In this document: positions 1-10,100 of the stretch, piece by piece | Numbering within the stretch: the first letter of the stretch is position 1 | Layout of the letters: each line of letters begins with the position of its first letter | Assembly: GCA_001642005.1 (NCBI GenBank) | Contig: LWCA01000327.1 | Coordinates: 1-32,247 of the forward strand | DNA length: 32,247 nucleotides | Source: Intoshia linei | Lineage: Eukaryota > Animalia > Orthonectida | Direction of reading: 5' to 3' | Program-made: the position numbers and the translations under genes | Notes under the pieces: model-generated | What the model was told of the DNA's origin: nothing | Seen by the model: the letters and a program-made list of their open reading frames with translations, nothing else | Database searches by the model: none

Positions 1-1356
1 TAATTTTCGATAGTCTAAGAGGAATCGGTATGTTCCATTAGGTTTACGTTTAAGAAAATGAGGAGAATTGTATGAACTATTAGATGGCTCTATTATTTTA
101 TTACGTATCATTTCCTTAATTAAGTTTATTTCAATGTCTTTATGGTGTATTGGAGTTGGATACGGTTTTATACATATTGGAGAACTTCCAGGTATAGTTC
201 TTATTTCATGTTCTCGGATTTCCGTTTTTCCTGGACATTTGCTAAATATATCTCTATATTTGTCCATTAAATTATTCAAGGAATTTCTGAACTTCCTTTC
301 GTTTAAATTCAATATGTTATCATCAAATGTGTTTTTTGATATGTTATTAATTTGTTTTACTTTAATGTTTTTCTGTGACTATGTCTTGATAAATCCTAAC
401 TTAATAGCTAGTCTACAAGATATAATATTATCTGAATTTTTTATTAAATAAAAATCCTCGATTGAGTTGATTTTTGTTAATTTTAATTTTATATATCCCA
501 TACTAAGTATTTTTGTATTATTTACAGATCTCAAAATAATTTTTGACTTAATTATGGAAGGAGCAGCATTAAAATATTTATAAGTTCTGTAATTAATTAT
601 ATTAACTTTTGAACCAGTATCTATTATAAAATTTAAGATTACTGATTCTTCATTACAGCTAATTTCTATATTCTCCCCTCCAATTGATCATTATTTATTC
701 TTTTTACCTTTGTAGATAGACAAAATTTTGAAAAGTGGCCCATCATACCACATATCGTGCACTTGTTTCCGTTAGCCGGACACTCAAACGAGGGGTGAAA
801 CGGTCCCCTACATTTATAACAGAATTTTTTTACATTTGAATTTAGATTTTTTTTGTATTTAACATTTCATAATCTTTGCAATGATATATTGCTTCATCTA
901 GATTTATATCTCGCTACGACAATAATTCTCTTTGAAGAAATGAACTATTAATTCCTGCAATTAGTTGAATTAATACTCTTTCTTTTTGATTATCAAATTT
1001 GCATATATTTGCAATCGACTCCAATTTATACACGAACTCATCGACCGTTTCACCCATATCCTGTTTCATTTCCTGAAACCTCAATTTTTCATGAATGAGA
1101 TTTGTTTCTTTCCATCTGTTTAATTCCAATTTTATTTGAGTAACAGATTGAATATCTTTACATCTTGATTTAATTTTTGATCGAGCTGTGGGTCCCATAA
1201 AATTTAAAATAAGGATTGCATTTTGCTCAGCTGTCCATTTTTTTCAGGATTATGAAAGGTGACATAGTCGTCAAAATCAATGATCCAACTTGAAATCTTC
1301 ACTACCAATTTTCCGGTTTTCGATAAAACATGAGGAGTTTTGTCGATGTGATTCAT
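1..1356 (-). pseudogene. gag-pol of the gypsy element, disrupted
   Basis: In-frame TAG stops (914-916, ~378-380) and frameshifts in A-homopolymer runs (~1238-1244, ~847-854). The pol frame is -1 relative to gag near 670-690. Confidence 0.85.
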
Positions 1357-1404
1357 TTTTAGGAAATATCTTCAATTTTGTTTTTGAAATTGATAGTTAA
1401 TAAA

Positions 1405-1559
1405 TATTAGTAATGTTTCGGAGATAATATTTATTAAGATTATAATCTATAAATGATTTAATTTAATATTATTAGTTTTACTTGAAGTCTTGTTTATATT
1501 CCTAGAATGTAATAATAATGTTATAGTTTAGTGTAGTCAGTGCTACTGTTTGACTAATA
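1405..1559 (-). repeat. Putative LTR (155 bp) of the gypsy element
   Basis: Bounded by the 7-bp inverted termini TATTAGT (1405-1411) and ACTAATA (1553-1559). It lies about 50 bp upstream of the gag ATG, contains minus-strand AATAAA, and abruptly interrupts a gag-like frame at ~1560. The partner LTR is outside the window. Confidence 0.5.
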
Positions 1560-1704
1560 AGATTTCTCCCTTCAATTTCTCGTCAGCATGATTTGAGTTA
1601 TTATTTCTCCAAATGTTTACCCGAATTATCCAATGACGGATAGTTTTTGGGTCGTAGATAGGTATTTGAGAAGGGTGTCCTATCCTTGTTAAATTGTTTT
1701 CCAT
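1560..1704 (-). pseudogene. N-terminus of a second gag-like ORF, truncated by insertion of the first element
   Basis: MENNLTRIGHPSQIPIYDPKTIRHWIIRVNIWRNNNSNHADEKLKGEILL resembles retrotransposon gag N-termini (P-x-F/Y-D..W..W-I-x-R...D-E-K...L-L pattern). Confidence 0.5.
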
Positions 1705-2190
1705 GATACTTCCAGAGATATAAATTATCGTGAAAGGCAATATTATGTTTGACTATTTTAACGCAGAAGTAATGGGCTGTTTGTGATTTGAGATATATTG
1801 GTATACGATTATACTTAAAATTTATCAAGGATGGAATAAGTTTGAAATTTTGACGTTACTATATTCGAAAAGAAGTGTAAGCTTATTGATACGTTAACGT
1901 GGAATTACGCATTTAAACTGATTCACTATTGTAGAACATAATTCTTACAATATGTTATAAATTTACGTTTATCTAAATTATCTAATCTGTACTATTATAT
2001 AATTTTAAGACCTCTCAGTTTAAACTGAATTCCTGTTGGTTTTGCGTCTATTGTTAGCGATATGTTACTTATTCTTAATCTAATAAAAAAAAATTTTTTG
2101 TTTGTTTTTGTTTAGGGAATTGTTTGGTATCTGTATGTTACAGGTAGTGTGGTACTGTTATTGAAAATAGATATACACGTATATTTATGA

Positions 2191-2363
2191 TGTAAGGAAT
2201 ATGAATATATACATTTATGACTATTGTATATATAAGAGTGTATTTGTAAAATTGACTTTGAGAATATAGAAAACAGATGGTTTGTATAGCTGCATCTGTA
2301 TCAATGTTTATTTAATATATCTGTTAAAGTATATATGAGTATAGTTACGCTACACTTCCCTCC
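2191..2363 (-). mobile_element. LTR-like sequence (2191-2352, TGTA...TACA) preceded by a polypurine tract
   Basis: The minus strand reads AGGAGGGAAG (2363-2353) immediately followed by TGTAGCGTAAC... and ends ...TTCCTTACA at 2191. It has an internal minus-strand AATAAA (~2307-2312). The left boundary is uncertain. Confidence 0.55.
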
Positions 2364-2474
2364 TAGATTGTGTGGGAATATCAAAATTTCCTTAATTTTT
2401 CGTTTGAATAAATCAAACATAATTGGTCAAATATAGTGACCAAGATGAAGTTATTGACACTACGGAATTTTCCT

Positions 2475-2750
2475 TCAGACGCCCTGGTGCTCATGCTCCT
2501 GGCTTAAAAGAAAGCTACATAATTGTCTAGCTGAGGTACATCTAATCATTCTACCTCCCAATCTTCGTATGTCCACTTTAGGATCAGCTTCAGGAATAAT
2601 TTTCATTAGTTCCTCCTTTGAGTCATTAGGAAGAGCATCAAAGAAATTTATCATCGCCTCATCAGTATCCTCTGGTGTATATATTATCAAATCTAATACA
2701 TCTTGATAAAAACAAGAATCATGTGTATGATAGAACATTTCTAATAACAT
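2475..2750 (-). CDS. Hypothetical 91-aa ORF upstream of the PPT/LTR, possibly an accessory ORF of the retroelement
   Basis: The ORF has protein-like composition and higher GC than the flanks, but no family was recognised. Confidence 0.3.
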   Translation of the reverse strand: MLLEMFYHTHDSCFYQDVLDLIIYTPEDTDEAMINFFDALPNDSKEELMKIIPEADPKVDIRRLGGRMIRCTSARQLCSFLLSQEHEHQGV

Positions 2751-2850
2751 ATATACCGCAGATGTGATTATACATCATACACCTAGCCCTCTCCACGGCC
2801 CTGTGTCAATTATAATATACAACAATTAATCATTATTATTTTATTTTTAG

Positions 2851-3978
2851 AACGACGCATCACATACAGCGACAACACAAATGACTTCTACAAACCTATT
2901 CCATCTAGCATGTTTCCCATAGTAAACGGTAAATCATCTCTGCATTGCTATTTTAAAAGTTTAATCGAATGTCAATATGAATTCCTAAAGAAGGGTAATT
3001 TTTTTCAAAATTTTCCTCACTAAATATTAACATTAAAGTTCGTAATTTTTTTAATATGCATTTAGAAAAAGGATCAATTTTTGACTTTGATTCAATATTA
3101 TTTCATACACCCTTTACAAAAATTACTCAAAAAGCCTTGGCAAGAATGGAAGCATTGGATAATAAATTTATGAAAAACCCACAAAACATAAACAAACAAG
3201 AAATTATAGATTTATCTAGAGAAGCTGAAAAAAAGTTTATAAACAATTCCAAATTATACAATTTAAAAACCTTACCGAGCACTCGTTTAGCCAAAAATGT
3301 GGGAAATTGTAATACAGCTTCATTGTACATGTCACTTTATTCTTATCTCGATAGGTAAATATTCATTTATTACGTAAAATAGAAACACTGTCGAGTCATC
3401 CGGGTGTCCTTGTTTATTACTGCAAATAGTAACCCTAAAATTCTCAAAAGCAAACTATTATAGAGTATTTACATATGAGTAAATGTCTTTATAATTATGA
3501 AGTTGTAAAAAAATAAACCTGGATAATTTATAAAATTATAATAAACACTGATATACGACACTTATTAATTTAATTTCAATTCGAAACTAATTTATTTACT
3601 AATCTTTATAAAATTTCACCAAGTTTAATGTAAACTTTTAGCATCAAATGTAAACCGTTAGTGGAAACTGTAAATAAAAAGATACTTTTATATTCATATG
3701 GATCTGGATTGATTGCATCGCTATTTACACTTAGATTCAATAGCTCTGAAAAAATTATTCAAAAATTATTTTCAACTTTTACTCCAATCGAGCAATTGCT
3801 CTCCAACAAAACTTGCATATCATCTCAAGAATATACAACCTTATCGAAATTACTAGAAAAAAATTACAATGATAAGCAAAATTTTACCTTTTTACAGTTT
3901 TATCAATTTCCATATCAAAATTTTTATTTGTCCAATATAGACTCAAACTTTTGTCGAAATTATGAATATAAATATTAA
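2851..3978 (+). CDS. HMGCS: Hydroxymethylglutaryl-CoA synthase, 3' part (exons 2851-2994, 3066-3354, 3642-3978; earlier exons outside the window)
   Basis: Phase-consistent GT-AG exons encode DFYKP...FPIVNGKSSLHCYF, FHTPFTKITQKA (catalytic His), VGNCNTASLY and LYSYGSG, which are all HMG-CoA synthase signature motifs. Ends at TAA 3976-3978. Confidence 0.93.
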
Positions 3979-4057
3979 ATTTATAATTTAAAAATAGTTA
4001 TAAAATTGAAGAAATATTTATTATTGTTATCAAAATAAAAAATATTGCCTGTGTATA

Positions 4058-4068
4058 TTTGGCGCAAA
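4058..4068 (+). promoter_or_regulatory. E2F-type site TTTGGCGC(AAA) upstream of MSH5
   Basis: Matches the E2F consensus TTTSSCGC, ~45 bp before the MSH5 ATG, in a ~130-bp intergenic gap that is otherwise almost GC-free. Confidence 0.3.
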
Positions 4069-4110
4069 AAAATATTGTGTAATTTCAGTTTTTATCGATA
4101 ACAAATTTAA

Positions 4111-7100
4111 ATGGTTCAAAATAATTGTAATACAAGTGTAGAATTGGAAAAGGTTAACTATATTTTATTTTTAAAGTATTGTATCATTATAATACTTAAC
4201 ATAAGTAAATTGTAAATAGTTTGTTTCTTTTTTGGTTAAATATTTTATTTTATTGTTAATTACATTTATGAATTTTAATTTTTTTAAATGAGTAAAGTTT
4301 AGATTTATTGCAGTCTACTTGTTCAAAGTTCAGGTGTTTATATATCTTATTTTGATGAAGTGGATTATACAATTTATTATACTCAAAAATTTACCAAAGA
4401 GTTTAATATGAAAATTTTGGAAAATGGTAAATTCATTGAGATTTACTCGTGTTATGATTACAATAATCATTGTGTTATTTCAATTACAAGAAATAAAATA
4501 TTGACATAATTTTCATTGAAAAATGAATATTACTTTTTCTGTTGGTGAAGAAGACTGTAATAATGAAATAAAATGTAAATTTATTTATTGATCAACGACA
4601 AAATTTGTTTTGTTGTTTTTAGGTTTTGGATGAAAACGTTAGAGTTGTTTATTTATTTTTACATAGTTGTTGTATAGATATAAACATGTTATTTTTAGCT
4701 ATACATCACATCAATCCGGATGTGCTTATTGTGAACAATAGCCATTTTCAATTAATTCCAACTATTATCATAGGTTAAATTAATTTTATCAATTTCTAAC
4801 TTATACTTTTTTAATATATCAATTTGGCAGTTTTTTTGTAGTGCATTTGTAATAGCAGTAGCTAGCTCTGAAGAGGGTGCACATTTTGAGATATTTATTT
4901 TGAAGTATATTAATTTACATTAAAATAAATATATCACATTTTTTAATTTTAATATCGAAAAGATGAAATTAAAACTTAATTCTAAAATTGAAAAAATATT
5001 GGTTAATAATTCATCTTAGATAGGAATATATGATTTTTGAGAATCAATTTTAAGAGATCAATATTTGTTTAAAATCTAGAATCATTAATTATAATTATGA
5101 ATATTTTGAAAATAAAAAAAATAAATAGAGGAAAGGTTTTTTTTGACTATGAAGATGTTAATTGTGAGATTAAAATTTTTTCCATATGTTAAATAGAAAA
5201 AGCTGCATTAACTGTCATTTTTTTTAAATTTTGAGACTTGGTTTTTTTATTTTTGAAAATAATGGGTAATTTCATTTTTTCACTGTGAAGATGCACATTT
5301 CAGATAATAAAATTTATGAAACGGACTAGCCTTGAATAAACTATTAAAATTTAGCGACACTTATATTTTTTTACAAAAAAGTGGTAACATGGGTTTTTGA
5401 CTGAGAAGATCCCCATTTTTGACAGTAAAATTTATTTTGCTTCCAAAAATACATATTATAATTTGTGTTTTTGGAATTCCTGGGATGGTTAGTTTCCTAA
5501 ATAACTGATTATAGACAGAAACTTATATTTATCAACTTTATGATCTATAAAAAACGATAAATACAAAATACCTCAAAAATTAGTGTTCAAATTTAGAATT
5601 TAAAAAAATTTTGAATATTAAATTGAAAATATTACCAAGAAAAAATTAATTTTTGATTTGGATTTTTGCAAAAATAACAATGAAGAAATTTAGCAGTTTT
5701 AACTGATCCTAGAAAATATTTAACGATTAATTACATAATCAGCTTGATTCAAAATTTTTAAGTGCAGTTTATTGAGAATTTTATTTCTAAAGGATATTTT
5801 TGAGTCAAAAACGTTTGAATTTTGACTCCCGTGTACCTCTTCGTATATTTATATTATCAATAGGGCCCACGAAATTATTACAATTAATGCATCAGTTCTT
5901 AATTTAAAAATTAAAAAAATTAATTTAAATTTATCACTTTTTAATTTTAATTAATGTAATTTCAGAAAAATATGATCCAATCATTTTAAAATCAGAATAT
6001 TACGGTAATATTATTTTTTAAATTTAAATCATTTGAATTTACATTATAATGTACATGAAAAATTTTAAAAAATAGGATACGAAATTTGTAAAGCTAGAAT
6101 GTTGAAAATGAAGCTAAGTAATGATGAGGTACCAATGTTGGATGGTTATGAAGCACAGATTAAAATAAATTCAATAATTGATTTAACCAATATTTATTTT
6201 GTAATTATTAAAATAATTTATTTTCTCAATCATTTAATTCTCGGTTCTTAACCTTTTGAAATTGATCAAATACTTTTTTTAACACGGTATCCAATAATTT
6301 AAAAAATTGTGGTTTTCTCCTTACCATTTAAATAAAAATTGACATGTCAGGACTCTGGTAAAGGTAAAAAATTTATAGAGTATTCAAGATTATGAATTTA
6401 GGGAAAATTTAATATTACAATGATTATAATCATAATTACATAATTTATTTTTATAATGAAAAAATTAGAAATTACTTTTTCATGGACCCAAATATTTTTA
6501 ATATAACCAAGGCTAACATGGGCCATTATGTCACGTAATTCATGTTTATATATGTTTTACATTATACACTTATTATATACTATACACAAAAATTTGACAA
6601 AGATTTTTAAGTAGAGTTTTTAAAAATTTCATTATTATTATTCATTTTTTTGATAGGTCAAATCAATTGGATCTCTTTTGAGATATTTAGATGAAAACAA
6701 TATTTGTACATACGATAATGAAAATAATAGCTTATGTAAAGTGCTAGACATCAAAGAATATGTCCCGTATGTTTTAAGTATAATTAAGGCTACGTAAATT
6801 GAAACCTGCTCTAAGACATCCGTTTTCTAAAATCTAAAATATTATATTTATTATCTAACATTTTATTAATCATCAGTACCGTCCAGCTTAGCTGTTTACT
6901 CATATACTTTATGAATTTTTTAAAATACAAAATAAAAGTAAATTGAGAATATATTATTTTACAAAATCGCCATTTTCCCATTCGAAAAATGCATAAATTA
7001 TTTATAAAATATATTTAGACAAGATTTACTAAATATTCAACATTTGGACATTCAGTAACATGATTGAAATTTGTTAATATGCACATTATTTTAGCAAATT

Positions 7101-10100
7101 AAACATATTACCAAAAGGCCGGATTAATCTACGCGATAATTTGAGTGTAAACTCCGTCTCAAATTCCTTATCCAAATCTTTATATAGTTTAGAATTTCTG
7201 ATTTTACACATGTATAATTTAGCCGTTCTTAATCAATGTTTTTCCTTCAATGGACAATGTTTACTAAGGTAAAATATTATTTTGAAAACTTTTGTTAAAA
7301 TATATTTTATTGCAATTTTAATTTTTTGAAACAGAAAATGGTTATCACACCCACTAAAAAATTTGGAAAAAATAAAAAAGAGACTGCACAATGTCCAATT
7401 TTTTCTAACATTTGAAATGATTTCATTTGTCATTAAAAATATAAAGAAAATATCAAATATAAATGTAATTTAAAAAAATTAATTAATTAATCTGAATAAA
7501 TTATTAAATTTCAAAGTTAATTTTTTTATTTATTCTATTTAGCCACTTTTCATGAAAATGCTATGTGGTAAATTGGAGAATATAGAGTGGGTCAGAATTT
7601 TCACAGTTAATTTTATTTTAAGATATTTTTATCATGTTAATATTAGACATTATCTTGTTGTACAAATATTATCGAAATACTTGAAAATTGTGATATCCAC
7701 TTTGAAAATGATTTGGTTTTTATATTTTATTATTACAATTTTATATTATGGAAAATAATAATTTCTGAGAATTTCAGTTTACATTTGTAATTTGAATTAA
7801 TTTATATATTTTTAGTTATTACCACAAATGAAAAATTCCAGTACTAAACTTTCAATGTATATTCAAAAAATTGTGATTTTTAAAATTTACTTATCCATGG
7901 AGAGGTCACCAAATTTTTGTGTCATGGGACCGAAAATATACTAATTTGTAAATTACAGTCTTAGTCCTTATTAACGGAATTGAAAATTTGGAAATTCCGT
8001 TAATATGGAATTTTCCTCATAGTCATACACTTGTTAACGGAATTTAATTTAATAATAATAATTATTATTATCATTATATTACATTTATTAACTATTATGT
8101 AAATATTAATTTTATATGAAAATTATTCACCAATTTAGATACAATTAGATAATAAAAATGATAACAATATGTGTAATACACAAAACAATTTTTTGGTCAA
8201 TTTTGGTGTAGATAGAGATTTAGATAAACGTTAGGAATTTAATATTATTACAGTCCAACCCCGGTTTTGGCAACAATTTTAGCAAAGTGCTCCCAAAAAA
8301 GGGATTTTTGATAAAAATGTATTATTTAAAATAATTAAGTATAACACTACCATAGGTAAATGGTAATTAACCATATATTATCAGATTATTGTTTAAGTTT
8401 TATATAGCATATACATTAACAAGCAACGTAGATAGCATATATCCCAATGAAATAGTCGAATAAACTGAATAGAACCTACTATAACATAATTAATTGAAAA
8501 CTATACGTATTATTTTCAGGGATTGGAAATAATTGATTGTAATCAATTATTTTGTATAAACCAATTAATTCTTTGCTAAATATGAATTTTTCAATTAATT
8601 GATTTATATAAAATAATTGTAATTAATTGGTTATTTGTAACTGAAAAAATATAAATTGAATCCTTTTATTGACGAATGGTTGGATGAAAAAATTAATTAA
8701 ATTTTTGTTATGTAGTTCAAAAATTAAATTAATAATTATACACTATAATATATAATAATACAATATTAAAGTATTAAGTTGACACTGTCAACACTGGTTG
8801 TAGCGTATCACAGTCTCACCATGCTTTATTGATTTCCAGAAACAAGTTTATTTCCAAATTCGAAGGAAAAAATAAAATAATATGAAAATATTTTCTAAAT
8901 ACAGTGCACCCCTCTGATAATGAACTTTTTTGTTAACGAACTTTATTAATTAGCGACTTATTAATTAATATCTATAGATAAATGCAATATAAGATTTAAA
9001 TATACACAAAATTTTATTTTTCCACGTGACTGCTTTGATTTATAATTAATTTAATTATTTTTTCAATAACGAACAACGAACAGTTTTTTTTTAATGTTTA
9101 TAATTTTTATTTAACTTTCCCCTTAGATAATGAACATAAAAAAATAATAATGGCAAGAAAAGGATTCGACTAACCTACAAAGAGAAAAATGAACTCATTT
9201 CATTTGTAAAGAATAATGAAAATTACAAACAAAGAGATTTAGATGAAAAATATCAAATATCTCTTGGAACAGTTAATACTATTTTAAAAAGCTCTTCCGT
9301 TATCGAAAACTTTCGTCATGAAATAAGGAAAATGAGAAAAAAAAAGTCCATTGTAGATTTTTTGTCTAGGAAGCAATAAATTAATTTTAAATATTATTTG
9401 TTACATATTTTGTTCGTTATCTTTTAATAACGAACTTGGAAAAAAATGATGACTAAATGTTCGTTATCAGAGGGGTGCACTGTAATTAATAATAATAATC
9501 TAAATAATAACTTTGCAAATAAAATAGTTTGACACTGTATAATAAAATATTAACAACTTTTCATTATTTTATGCAATTTTAGAAAAATAGAAACGCGTTT
9601 GTCACCAGAAAAATGATTTATTTAACAGACTAGCTTGACTGTAATGTACTTCGGGCAAACTGCATCCTAGTATATTCATTATATCCACTTGACAGTTTTT
9701 TAAAAATGATTATGATATTGTTATCAATCTTCAATTAATTGAAATTTTTTTATATTTCAAAAAACTATATTATTGCATTTAATTAGAAAATATTTTTTCA
9801 TTTTTCAATAATTTTTACTAATTAATTGCAATTAAATTGGTTGCAATCAATTAATTCCAATCTCTGATTATTTTTATCTTAATCTTATATTTTTGAGTCA
9901 ATACCAAAAAAAAATTAGACTAAAGAAAATTAAGAAAATTAAATTATATTGCAAATGATAAATGGGAACATACTAACAAAAAAGACACCAAGCTCATTGT
10001 AGACATCAAATTTTGGCATTAGTAAAGTAACTAATATATTTAAAATTTAATATCATTATAAAACTAAATTTATAATATTTTTTGCCCCAAATCGGGGTTT

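Larger units (their letters stand above)
1..1559 (-). mobile_element. Degenerate Ty3/gypsy LTR retrotransposon (putative 5' LTR, gag, protease, start of RT); continues past the left edge
   Basis: Minus strand: gag ATG at 1356 (MNHIDKTP...SSWIIDFDDYV...), ORF 914-1198 with RFQEMKQDMGETVDEFVYKLESIANICKF, two CCHC knuckles CYKCRGPFHPSFEC-PANGNK-CTICGMMGHFSKFC (~720-822), aspartic protease FIIDTGSKVNII (DTG 613-621), and RT N-terminus HEIRTIPGSSPICIKPYPTP...IIEPSNSSYNSPHFLKRKPNGTYRFLLDYRKL (1-215). The PR-then-RT order fits Ty3/gypsy. Confidence 0.93.

Noticed and set aside
68-451. 127-aa plus-strand ORF
   Set aside because: It is the antisense shadow of the retrotransposon pol frame.
378-916. 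TAG reassignment or readthrough suggested by in-frame TAGs in gag-pol and TAA-only host stops
   Set aside because: No host exon needs an in-frame TAG, and the element also has frameshifts, so ordinary decay is sufficient.
1561-1573. GAAGGGAGAAA (minus) as a polypurine tract before the 1405-1559 LTR, implying a tandem shared-LTR structure
   Set aside because: It is better explained as the codons KGE of the interrupted gag-like frame, although the PPT reading is not fully excluded.
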